A stretch of 64,000 nucleotides of DNA from Patellaria atrata CBS 101060 (Eukaryota): the NCBI GenBank assembly GCA_010093705.1, contig MU006090.1, positions 310,001 through 374,000 on the forward strand, written 5' to 3'. Positions 12,163 through 24,261 of the stretch are shown here, piece by piece. A program made the translations under genes and the position numbers. Below the pieces are notes generated by a model that worked only from the letters and a program-made list of their open reading frames with translations, had not been told where the DNA came from and made no database searches. Position 1 is the stretch's first letter, and each line of letters begins with the position of its first letter.

Positions 12163-12968
12163 ACGTGTGCAGATGGAAGAATTGGTAGGCAATGAAGATC
12201 AGTCAGGCTCGGAGGATCGGGACGAAGGTATTGATGGAGAATTATAAGATGAGATTATTCATAGTAAACTCGAGTCAACCTTAGCGTAAAACAATATAAA
12301 TCTGTGAGCGTTGCTTAGTTCTTGAAGATGGAGTAAATGTTATAAAACATGAGGTAGCGCTTTTCCTGCGATGTAACACACAGATTTTTGCACGGTCACG
12401 CTTTAAACGGATCGCAATTGACTGTACGAAATGGACTGAGCATGCGAAATACTGACTATAAGAAATGACAGGATTGAGCTATGGGATAGCGCTTAAAGGT
12501 TAATGGTCGGGTGCTGTACGGAATACTTAGTGAAATTCACGGACATTATTATAAGCACTGAGAAAACGGGAATCCGATTAACCTAGCAATAAGGATGTAA
12601 GGACATAAAAAATATATACCAGTATTGGATGACTACCATATCAAATAGCGGAATATGTAACCAAACCGAGTATGAGATGCGACGGAGAATGGAGTTTTAG
12701 ACTGTGAAGAAAATATACTGAATAGTTCTAGATGACCTATGTCTGTTGTGTACAAGGTTTCAGGAATACTTCAAGCTGCAGTAGCGAACGACAAAAGACA
12801 CAGAACTATGCAGTAATGTAGTGAATGAAATCAATACAATAAATAATTTAACATTTCAGAAGACGCCATCCTTCTATACCCGATAAACAATTTTTGAATC
12901 CTAATGTCTATGACAGAGAAAAGATTACAGGAGAATCACGGAGCGCTACAAAGATCAAAACGAAATAC

Positions 12969-15896
12969 CTAAGAAATGGGTCTCATAACAAGGTGGCCAT
13001 TGGCATCTAAGGCTGGTACTAGTATCGGTTCAGACTTGGTGGCAGGAGCTGTAGTAGCAGCAGCCATCATCATGCTCTCCTCAGCAGCGGCTTCCTCCTT
13101 AATCTTTTGGTTCACCTTCTCCCACTCTGCAAGAGATGGATGTTCCTCGCTCAACGGCGGTAGCTTCGCGGACCAGACGCGACCGTTACGGAGGAAAAGA
13201 CGTCTCCAGTCAGATGGATCTAGAGGGAGGAGAGAGTGTCGTTCTCTGGCGTTGGAGTTGATGCTGTGGGCATGCTTGGTAGGGTCAATACCGCTGGCTT
13301 TGGCGATCTGCTCACCACGCTCGGCACCGAAGTTGATGGGAATTGCCTCAGTGAATTCTTTGGCGGAGACGCTCAACCAAGCTTCGGTATCAACCTTGAT
13401 ACGGTCGGCAAGCAGGCGGGTAGAAGACTCAACATCGTGTCCCTCGTTACGGCGTTGCCAGTACTCAAGGAAGCGGTAAGAGTGACCGATCATACCAGTC
13501 ATAGCACCAGCGCTGGTAAGGAAATGACCGTTACCGAAGGAGTCACCAGCAATGACACCGTTAGGTGCAACGCGAGGATCCTCACCCTGGCGTTCGACCA
13601 AACTGAACAGTTTAGGCCCGTAGATCATTTGAACCTTCCTCAACTCAGATTGATCAATACCCAGGACAAGTGAGGCCTGCTCGATGTAGAAGTCATGGAG
13701 TAGGAGTTGGTAGTTTGAGAAGTACTCTGCAGAGTTCTTATCGGTTCCTTCGGGCAAGAGACCGGCCTCGATAGGATCAAAGCTCAAGTAGTCAGGAACT
13801 TGAACAAGAACCCAGCCAATTTCAGGGTCGTTCTCGTGGCCCACAGCAATCTGGCGGACCCAGAACTCATTGCCCTCCTTGTCGAATTCTGAAGCAATAC
13901 GCCTACGGAGACGACCATCAACCAAGATTTCGATCAGACCAGCAATGAAATCAGCTTGGGCGGTGACTGGGCCACGGCCATCATTGTGATCGACTTGCAC
14001 ATCTTTCTGTTCGAATCCAAGACGCTCGCCATCACTGCTGTGGAAACCCTGAGCAATACAGAAGAGCTCAGGAACACCAAGATCGATGATGTTGCTACCA
14101 GGAGTTCTGAGACGGACGAGTTTGCCCTTGAAGTCCATCTCGAGGATTTCCTCAATGCGAACCTGGAAGCGGCCGTCTGGTTGCTTAATCCATCCGTCGT
14201 TCTCCTCCTCAACAACACGATGATGAGTGAAAAGACGGGCTCTTGGGACACGCCCGTCTTTGATATCCATCTCTTCCATCTTCTCGAGATATCTACGGAA
14301 AAGAACTTGGATGGCAGAGGCAGCAGTTTGGAAGGTAGAGGGACCGTCAAGAACATCATACATGTTAGTGCGGATTTTCGCCGGATCCGGCTTGCTTGGG
14401 GGGAGAGGGGGGTTAAGGAGGGTGATGGTACGGCTGGGTTTGCCATTGGCCCAACGATCATCAATGTATTCAACATCATGGATGGTACCGACGAGATGCT
14501 GCTCCTTGTCATAGCCGTCAATGATCTCATCAGGGACGATATCACCTGCGACGGTATCGACGTGGAAGAAGACGTCAGCAAGCTTGAAGAGAGATCCATC
14601 AAGCTTCTTGGGGATAGCAGCTTCACCATAGCGGGCCATCATCAATTGATCGATGAGACCAAGCTGATGGTATAGATCCTCACGAATGTTCCAATGGACA
14701 CCGAGGAAAGGATCACCACGAAGCTCAACACCGACAGCACGGCGACCCAAGGCAACAGCATACAACATAGCGAGGAGGTTAGTTCCACCAAGACCGACAG
14801 CCAAAAAGTCGGGGTTCTTCAAACCCTCAATGGATTCTGTAGCTTGACCAGCTGCGGTATTGATACCTGCAACACGTCGTTGGGTGAGGTACTTGACAGT
14901 TCCCTCAGATGCGGTGACCTTGGGCTTGCGGCGGGATGCAGCAACTGCTGGTACTTGGGCTGGAGAAAGTTCGATCACTGCGGGGGAAGCAGTAGCCATT
15001 CCATCTTCCTTCTTCATGCCATCAGCCATGGCCATTGTATCGTGCTTCATGGCCATTCCCTCAGCCATAGCCATGGTAGTCTCTGGCTTCGCGGCCATGT
15101 TATCGGCCATGGGCATGGTATCGTGCTTCATGGTCATTGTATCAGCCATGGCCATGCTTGCCTCTGGCTTAGGGGCCATGCTATCAGCCATAGCACCTTC
15201 GTGCTTCATAGCCATGGTTGTCTCAGTCATTGTCGGGACTGGGGGAACATCGGCGGTGCTCTCAGCTGGGGTAGCAACGACAGCAGCTTTCTGGGATCGG
15301 CTTCGGGCACGGGAGCTGGAACGTTGGCGGCGGGAGGATGGTCGACCCTCTTGACGGGGTTGATAAATGGGCTGTCCCTGAGGGTAGTAGACTGGTTGGC
15401 CATTGGGGTAGAAGGCCGGCTGGCCTTGGGGGTAGAAGAACGGTTGTGGGGGACCGGGTGGGTAGTAGGCTGGCTGGCCCTGTTGTGGGTAGTAGGCTGG
15501 TTGACCCTGAGGGTAGAAGACTGGTTGACCCTGTGGGCTCTGGAAGACTTGTTGCTGGCCCTTACCCTTGCCGCTGAAGATAGAGGTCCAGGACCTACGA
15601 GACTTAGGCTTCACGGCCTCATGCTCGGTGTCGATGGAATCCGTGACGGAGGAGTCATCGTCAACGGCGTACCCGACGCCGTTTTCATCAGTGTAAAAGA
15701 CTGTACCGGCGGGGAGGCTATCGAAGCTGTCATCAGAATGGCGCTCCGCTGAACCGCTGGAAGTTTTTGGGCGTTGAGCAGACCTTAGCTTTCCAATATC
15801 ATAATTGGCGTTGGCCTCTGCAAGGGCCTGGTTTTCAGCACTGTGCTGAGATTTCAAAGAGCGACCGGACTTTGACCTCCTGAGAATTCTAGCCAT
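12969..15896 (-). CDS. 975-aa intronless protein: disordered N-terminus, QP-x-Y repeats, Met/His-rich repeats, C-terminal FAD-dependent oxidoreductase-like domain
   Basis: Long ORF with strong codon bias; Rossmann-like DFLAVGLGGTN...AVGVE and second FAD motif VIAGDSFGNGHFLTSAG. Confidence 0.88.
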   Translation of the reverse strand: MARILRRSKSGRSLKSQHSAENQALAEANANYDIGKLRSAQRPKTSSGSAERHSDDSFDSLPAGTVFYTDENGVGYAVDDDSSVTDSIDTEHEAVKPKSRRSWTSIFSGKGKGQQQVFQSPQGQPVFYPQGQPAYYPQQGQPAYYPPGPPQPFFYPQGQPAFYPNGQPVYYPQGQPIYQPRQEGRPSSRRQRSSSRARSRSQKAAVVATPAESTADVPPVPTMTETTMAMKHEGAMADSMAPKPEASMAMADTMTMKHDTMPMADNMAAKPETTMAMAEGMAMKHDTMAMADGMKKEDGMATASPAVIELSPAQVPAVAASRRKPKVTASEGTVKYLTQRRVAGINTAAGQATESIEGLKNPDFLAVGLGGTNLLAMLYAVALGRRAVGVELRGDPFLGVHWNIREDLYHQLGLIDQLMMARYGEAAIPKKLDGSLFKLADVFFHVDTVAGDIVPDEIIDGYDKEQHLVGTIHDVEYIDDRWANGKPSRTITLLNPPLPPSKPDPAKIRTNMYDVLDGPSTFQTAASAIQVLFRRYLEKMEEMDIKDGRVPRARLFTHHRVVEEENDGWIKQPDGRFQVRIEEILEMDFKGKLVRLRTPGSNIIDLGVPELFCIAQGFHSSDGERLGFEQKDVQVDHNDGRGPVTAQADFIAGLIEILVDGRLRRRIASEFDKEGNEFWVRQIAVGHENDPEIGWVLVQVPDYLSFDPIEAGLLPEGTDKNSAEYFSNYQLLLHDFYIEQASLVLGIDQSELRKVQMIYGPKLFSLVERQGEDPRVAPNGVIAGDSFGNGHFLTSAGAMTGMIGHSYRFLEYWQRRNEGHDVESSTRLLADRIKVDTEAWLSVSAKEFTEAIPINFGAERGEQIAKASGIDPTKHAHSINSNARERHSLLPLDPSDWRRLFLRNGRVWSAKLPPLSEEHPSLAEWEKVNQKIKEEAAAEESMMMAAATTAPATKSEPILVPALDANGHLVMRPIS
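14997..15230 (-). repeat. Coding tandem repeat, ~26-27 aa x ~2.7 (MxMKH[DE]..MAD.MA.KPE..MAMA)
   Basis: ATGAAGCACGA recurs three times and AAGCCAGAG twice on the minus strand. Confidence 0.85.
15358..15537 (-). repeat. Coding tandem repeat, ~8 aa x 7 (PQGQP-x-[FY]-Y)
   Basis: PQGQPVFY PQGQPAYY PQQGQPAYY PPGPPQPFFY PQGQPAFY PNGQPVYY PQGQPIYQ. Confidence 0.9.
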
Positions 15897-18800
15897 TGCT
15901 GTTTTGAGTGATTCGTAAAGTGGAATTTGCTGTTCTTAAAAGAGGATATCTAGGAGGAGTGACGCTGGAAAAAAGAAACTCGAGAAATCTAGTGACTGGA
16001 ACGAGATGTCTATAGTTGTATCAACGAGAAGTGGTAATGAGCAAATGAAAGAGACTGGAGTATGAGATCTATTGTATGAGAGGATTGGTAGTGAAGTGAA
16101 GAATGAATTGATATCCGGAGAGTCCAGAGGGGTTAATATATGCGTACTGAGAACAGTTGCAACTGGAATACTACCACCATTTCACCCGAAATGCCGTCTG
16201 CGAGACACACTGTGCACAGACAACACAAGCTGGGGAGAGATGCAGATACGCCGCCGTGGTGGCTGCAGCCAAAGCTTCTGCTGGGCGGTGCGTCTACTAC
16301 CTTGTCATTATACAGTTTTACGTATTCAGCGATAGAATTCAAGATCGTCTAATTAAAGAACCATTTGTATGGGCAATTTCTCGCATGTGGCTGAAAGCTT
16401 AGTTCGTCCGTTTTGGTATAGAACAAGTTGAGGTCAATCGACAGGGTAAATAGTAATCCCATTGACCGCTGTTGTACAGAGCGCTTGCCTCTCATTCGTC
16501 CGGCAGGGAAAGCTGTAGCTGAAACAGATTATTTCTCAGCAAAGGAAATGCATACCATAGGGCGAAATCCAGAGAGCTCGGACGCTCAAACGAGTTAAGA
16601 CTCGACCAAAGGAACTTGGGGGTGCCTGATGAGGCTGGTGATCTGATCCTATGGGATACCGGTAATAATACCTTTGGAGCGTCGCCGGACGGCGCTGTAA
16701 TGACGACCGGATCGTAAAATACAATCATACGCGTTCTTATCCTCAGGATGTCGTAAGCGGGGTGGTGGATCAATTAACTTTCAATGGTGGTAAACGTGCG
16801 AGGTCAAGATGGGGGGAAGAGGGAGTGTAGCGGTACTGTACTGTATTGTCCAAAGCCACAGCATTGATGTTATTGTGAGCTAATACATACCTCTTCGATT
16901 TCTGCAGTGTAGTACCATATCGCCCTACAGCGGTGAGAGGGCCCGTTACAACGTCCCTCGTGTATTCTATAGGGTGAGCGCCACGAGAAGAGCTGACATT
17001 TGTATGGCTACTAAGAGTTTCTGGACTTGAAATACGAAAGCGGGATAATGAAGTCAAAGGAAACGGCAAAAGCATTGGTACACGCACTGATCGTGACGAG
17101 AGCCTCTGCAGTCGGACTCGCATACAAGGGCGAACAGAGGGTCGATTGATGGTTTCGGTACGGGGAAGTGAACGCGGACGAGGTGCGGTTTAGTCGCGTG
17201 TAGCAGGGGAAAGGGCCATTGGGGGGCCAAAGTGAGACCCCAAACCAAATAGATGAGGAATGTGCTTACCCATTGAGAGTTGGTTTTAAAGAAACAGAAC
17301 GATTCTCTGGTGATTGTAGTGAATTTGGGATGCTGGGAGGTGGGAGGTGTTCGGGCCCGGGGGTCTGTTCCTGCGTGCAGGGCAGTGAGTGTGTGCGTAC
17401 GGTAAAGTAAAGGCAAAGGTTGCCAAGAGTCCGTCGTCCAAAATGTCTCCCCCCATTCACACCCCAGGAAAAGTTACCAACACCCAGCATAATCCGGAAT
17501 CAGCAGTGAATCTCGCATCTCGAAGTCTGAAACCGGATCAGCTTTCCTGGATCGGAACGCCCCCCTCATCGACATCAACACCTAACTTGCCACAGGTTTC
17601 AACGACGTCTATTACTCCAACACGTGAAATGAGGGCTCCCGCCCTGAGCGGATGCTCCCGCCCTCCTTCCCCGCCTAATAGCCAAAAGTGACCATTACTT
17701 CCTTAGTTCCAACAGTATAATAATTAGTTGCTGTACTGTATTAGTATGTCCATCCATAGAATGTGTTAAACAACAGTAACCTTAACGGCTAGCGGCGGCA
17801 GCATTTAGACACCGAAACAACACGCAGTTGGAAGCCATTCTGGGAATTCAGTGCCACCAGCAGCAACCTGAGTTTGTACTGTACGACATTCACACTGTTG
17901 GCTGAATGCACAACCGCTTGAAACGGCTTAGTGGTCGCTTGCCAGCGTGGCCCAAGAGCATCTCTTCTTTTTGTAGGTCAAGCTTTTTGGCAAGTGTACT
18001 CTAAATTAAGACTTACTACTGTAGGCTAATGTGCGTCCACGTACTAATTGGGCCAGATCTACGAATGTGGTTGATTTCTTCTCAGCCTTACCGTATAATT
18101 TCTCGGGCCATGGTTGCCCCAAACCGTGCACTTGGAACCTATCTCCACGTGGATGCAATCGTCAATCCCAGCACATGAAAGTCTTGATAGCAGCTTTTAC
18201 AGCTCTTGTCGGAGCGGCCGCGGTAGCAGTGGCTCCATTACTAGAGTCTTGTATCACCCGAATCAATGTCAGTTGTAAGACGGACGAGAAGTCAAACGCG
18301 CAGTCGGCTCTTTTCCGACGAGGATCAGGGGAGTGAGGTGGTAAGCTACGGACCGGGTGCACCATATTACAAGGTCACCAGGAAGTTGTCAGCATGGAGA
18401 GATGTTGCTAATTGGTCAGCATCAAGCTTAAGGCCCGTTTGGATACCTAACGTTGAAGAGTAAACTGGCGAAAAACCATTCGCAGATCAAGACCAGAGGC
18501 TAAAAGCGTAAGTACTTACTATAGCGAGGAACTGTACAATGAAACTAAGGGCTTGACTATCGGCGACGTCATTAGGAGAGGTACTCATCAGGGGAATCTC
18601 AGACGTTGAAGCAAAGAGCATACCGTAGTCTAGTAACATGCATTCCGCTGAGCCATGACCTTCAGGTTCTTCTGGAGTAGTGATTCGCTCAGAGAGAGTT
18701 TAGTCTAATTCTGTAGCAGAAGCATTTGTGGGTCATGTCCCTTCTCTCTGCTGAGGCGGACGAAAACAGGGACAAGACTGTCAGATTGCCGCCCTCGTAA

Positions 18801-21800
18801 CTAAACAGATTCAAACTTGAGTGTTTCAGAATAAAGATGGCAGGAACTCGAATGCATCTAGAGTTCTATTTCCGGGGCAAGAATTGATTGTTCTCGAAGA
18901 ATAGAATATCTTGTATGCTTCGTTGGTTCTAACATGGTGGTAGAGAAGAAATCGAAGTCTTCGGGTTTCTCAGCTGGTGATGATTGTCGTCTCGGATAGA
19001 AGATCTGGATTGGGAAGATGGTCGACAAAAGAGGATGCACGTGTGTTGCGCAAGGAATGTCTAGCTGAACAGCTTGTGATTGGTTAAATCTGACAGGGGG
19101 CTAACTTGAACAACACCTCACCTCCATCTCATTGACAACTACCATTAATATTGCTACTACTCATTAATTCTATGCTCCTCCCAACTATCCACTCCTTTAC
19201 TTCCCCGATTGAACGCTTTCCCCACTCTCAGAACTACATATGTCGCCCGGTAATCGATCGATTCTCCCTCAGCTGCTGTTTCGTTCAGGGCAGTATTCGA
19301 GTTGGATAGCATTGGTCCGATGTTATGCGCTCACCAGGTTGTACACTTTTAGAGCAGAGGGCAGTGCATGGCTATGGCTAATGTCAGGTCCGGTGCGTAA
19401 ACAACTGCCTTACGACATGATGTACAATGGTGGAGTTCCAAGGCCATGGCAATACCCCAGAAAAAGCTGTAACAATCGTTTGGTCCGGAAGATACTTTTG
19501 TTATTACAATTTCGTTATTACGTCTACTCCTAGACTGAAACATCAGACAGGATGAGATCATCGCAACGACCAATAATGGTCAATTTTCTTTTCCGCCGTC
19601 ATTCTCCTGGTAACTGTATCTTGAGGCCTACATAATCAGGAAGTTTCAGATAAAGCATCAGAACTATCACGCCACCACATCAATAGTATTTTTACGATGT
19701 GTTGTGCACGTAATAGGTCTTTGGCTACTTCGTGCGAGATTCGATCCGACCTCTTCGGTTCCCCCAAAGGTAACTAAGCAGAGGCCTTCTACGGCGATTT
19801 CTACACTGAGCTCTCACGTCACCACGATGGCGCGAACCCGGAGGACTAATATCCCCACATTGCGTACTCGACCAGACTCGCACGACTTGTTCCAGGCCAC
19901 GCGAGAAGCCAGGATGATGCGGGTTGTCAGGGATGGCGTATGAACATACACGTTCGTGCATTCTCACGTTTACGGTTTTATATATATGGACACCGCCGCC
20001 ACTTCTGCTATATCCTAGTGTATTTTGAGCTCTTTTGTACTCATCTTGGTTGAAATTCTACTTTTTTTTTTAACCGTCATAGCTCTTGCAAACTTGGACT
20101 CCCTATTAGGAAGGAGACTATGGGTTAATTGGCTCAGCACAGCTAAACAGCTCAAACGCAAAGCATATCTTCAAATCTCACTCTCGATGATCGAGGTTAT
20201 CTGAAATGGTGATGGCGTTACTAAAATTACCGCGGCGGAAACACTGCTATCTGTAGCATTGTTTTTCGTTTACCCTCCACGTCTCTTCAATCCTCGCTTT
20301 TATTAATTCAGGATATCAGTACCCTGGTTCAGTAGCCAGAGAACTGATTCAAGCCCTTCAAACGTGCGAGCATATATCCACTTGGTCGTCAAAGATTCGA
20401 TCTCTATCTATAGATGCTCGATTCTTTGTGTTATCCAGATTCCTCGACGAGAATGGATAGTAGTCGCGCGACTAGCAAATGTCTACCTCAGTTCTGTTAG
20501 GATCAGGTCACTCCAGTACCTTATTCGTCGGGTAAAACTCATCAAGGTTGCTTCTGCTTCACTGCGGATTGCAGGACAAAGTTACACGATAACCTATTAC
20601 CTGAAATTAGCCACTAACAACCACTATACGTCTAAGCTTACTAAATTGGACGTTATCATATTTTCTTATCAAAACTAAATACTTCTACTTCGTGCAGCGA
20701 CATATTCCCCAGCCTCGGGATGGTAGCTTGAGGTCTTCATACCGTCTTTTACGGCGTTGCCGTTAATACGGCAACTAGCTTTTGGGCGTTTCCAAGGTGA
20801 TCAGTTACTGGAGCAAATAAGCGAAGTCAAAATGACAACTCAAGACTCATCTGCAGCTAACACTTTATAGGTGGAAGGTCTGAGGCTGAAATACATTGCA
20901 GCCAAGTCTAGACTATGTACAGCTGAAGCTAAAGCATTTCGATCATCTGCCCAGTTTTCCTTCCTCTATTAACTGTCCGCTGGTGCACACACAATACTCC
21001 ATTATCTACTTCATTCGTCGCGGTATAGTGATCACTTACACAATCAGAAAGAGGAGCTTCTTAGTGCCCTCGTACACGAACTGGAGGTGTCCTAATGAGG
21101 TTTAGATACGCACCATACCATACAATATACGATTTATATCCTTATCGCTACTGTTTTGAGACAATGAAGAAAGTAACCTTTCGCCTTTTCGCAAGGCGTG
21201 TAAAGGAGGAGTATACCCAATTCTCACTACGCGTAGGGGAAACTACTGAGCTTCTAACAAATGCTAGCTAGAGATGTATTTGCCACTTCGATCCGATGTT
21301 GTAGTGTAGGGCTTCTTTATTCCAAAGGACGTTTTTCCAATCAACGCAACCTTGACTCTCCAAATATATACCTGCGTCTCGTGTACGATGTCGTATCTGC
21401 GAAACTCTGCCGCTGCTAAGGGTACATCACTTCCATTTTTCGGCAGTACAGCACATATCGCGTTCCACATCAAAGCATTATGGGTTATTCAGTCTACTTA
21501 GCTCGAAGCTGTTATCGTGAGGCTTTTCCTTTAGGGGAATATATGCACAGACTCCACGTTGCTCGAGGCAGATGATGAACTGCATGGCCGTAGTGATAGG
21601 AACACGAACATCATAGGGGCTATGTTCGAGGATGTCGAACCGGTATATAAGTAAAGAATGTGGTTTGAGGCATTCTAGAGATATTGGGCCGCTGAGCCCT
21701 TCTTCTGCGCCGGCACGAACGATCAGGACGTTTTGCCGGCGTCTGACCTTCTTGATCATAAGGAACCTGACGACCTCTACATTTCATCTTTAATAGCTAG

Positions 21801-24261
21801 GGGTTCCTTTCGGACTTGAAATGATGAACAGATATATAACCATTTCCTTTTGGGCTACTTGCGAGCGGATCTTCGAGCCTCGTGCTATATATCTTTCTTC
21901 CCTCTATGACATGGGCCAGGTCGGAGAGAAGGGTTTTGCCATCTCAATATCTCTATGATGTCCTCTTGGACATTATCAAGCAATAGACACCACGTAAGAG
22001 TGAATGGTGTACTCTATCCTCTAGACGTTCTAGTGCATCGTAATTCCCCCGAGGAACTTTTCTAATTTCACCGCTTTAATCCATCTGCACTATCCCAAGG
22101 CTTTTTCATCAGCTCTACTTCTTGATCTTCTTTTAGATCATTCTTAGCGTATACTTGCTGTTCGAGGAACACATTCACGCAGTATCACTATATCCTACGT
22201 TGAAAGATTCCCTAGAATTGAAAAGAAGATGGCACAGTCCCATGGTGGGAAGAAGACTTCTGAAATAGTCGACACTGAAGCGAATATAACTCGAAACGCT
22301 CCATGACTGCTCTGTACAAGTACACCTCGTTTAGGCATTTTCGTTCGCGGTACAAATTAACCTATTCCCACGTACCCGGTTGTACAATCTATTTACAAGG
22401 TGTGTAAAGGTAGGTCAATGATACAATTACAAACCCATTTCCCTTCGTCATTGGATGTAGTGGAAGTTAGAGGCCATTCAATGAACGGCTGAAGAACACG
22501 CTACAAAATGATGTAGATATATACCACCAGAGCTTTATTCATTCTCCCTCTCCCACCCACTTCAAATCGCTAACTCGCTTCTGAATGACCAAATGATTCT
22601 AAGAGCCCGTTCCCCTTATAGTCTATCCAGATCCCGTACCTGAATGTATCCGCACCACGACAGAGAAGAGGAGACTCTTTCCTCTACCGTTCTCGTTCGG
22701 TTCACCGGGCCTGTATGCGAAGTCATTGTACAGTTAGAATCCAATTCTAGGGTCCCATGTCCCGAGACAGTGGAGTCAGTTCCCGTACACATATGCATGT
22801 ATACCAAGGCCGGAAAGAGGGAATCTCGCATCTCTCATATCCAAGAGTCCTCGTGCATATACGTCCGCGATATATACGGTGCGTACTCTCCTCTACGGTC
22901 CTCGTTTCGTTCTAGTTATCTATATCTACAGTCGATCGTACAGTTATATCTCGATAATAGAGTCTCGTAGTTGCGTACAGTTCAAGCAAAGCACCTTTGT
23001 GAATGCAGTCTTTAAGAATGAGAAGGGAATATAGCCAAATTGTCTGAATTCGACTGTTCAAAAATCAACCAATGCAAAGGGTCTCGAACGTGTCGAAGCG
23101 TGTACGTATTCACGGCCCGGGCTGGATATCGTAGGCTAAGTATACTTGAGGACAATTTAGCTCTCTTCTGGGTGATAGGTAAGTATGGCGGTAATGATAA
23201 AAACGATGATCGATAAACACATTGACAAGAACCAAATTCTCGATAAATTCATCGGCCGACTAGAACCACAAAATTTTTTCTCCGACACGACGACGATTAT
23301 ACTGGAGCCTTAGCTCGCGAGCAGCCGTACCCAAGCTACACCGTACCAATTTCGAGTGTATGATAACGTTAAGGTGTGTATTTCGACATGGATGATGTTA
23401 AGGAAGTTGGTGGCAACGCTATACATAAAATTGAGAACGTGGGGAGGATTGTCATCGTATGTAGAACTTACTCGTACGTTGAAATTCAAATGATACTTCG
23501 CTCTTTACAACGCGCCAGTGATTGTGCAGTAGTGGATAAAACCCGATGATATCCATTGATGACAACGTATGAGTAACTTTTTACGGTACGTTGATACTTT
23601 ATACAGGTGCCGAGGAAGTGCTTCGTGATGTGCGTACTAGTGACTTTGTGTTTGGCGGTTATGGCTTCAGTTGTGCATCAACTGTATTTGCGTATCCTTC
23701 TTATGGTTGTACTAGCTGATTGGGAGAGAGCATGCCCAAGGAAATAGTTCTTCGGTTCTGCCCTACTACGTATGCACTCATTAGTGTGCATAGTGTGCTG
23801 CAGAGTTAGAATCAGCTTGTTTATATTCCACGGCCTGGGTTTCTCTTGTAAGGTGAATAGCCCCTACCATGTACGGACGATCTTGAAGTTCATACAGCCT
23901 CTAGTAGCATGGACAGCCTGGCTCATTACGTACTACGGAATCTGAGCCCTCATAGGAGCAACCGCATGAATGGGACAGGATAGCAAGGGCGACAAAGAAA
24001 GAGACCTGGACGAAATTATAATAAAGTCGTTAAAGTAAGTACGGCGAGCAAGGAGAGCCAAGATAAGAACAAGCATCCTGCCGCATTCGCACCGTTCTCA
24101 GTTAAGGAGCGATCTCCTCGAAGAATTTATTGTTGTAGTAAAACAGTCCATACAAGAATAGAGAGATGAGTGGTTTGTTTCAATCCGAAAACCCGTAAAA
24201 CCAGACGCCACGCTAAAATGCCTAACTTACTGCACCAACAGTCCCGAAAGGGGGATGCTCG

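Noticed and set aside
12976..15752. Several long plus-strand ORFs, including a His/Gly-rich 352-aa ORF
   Set aside because: Antisense shadows of the codon-biased, repeat-containing 975-aa gene (ATG GCC reads as GGC CAT on the other strand).
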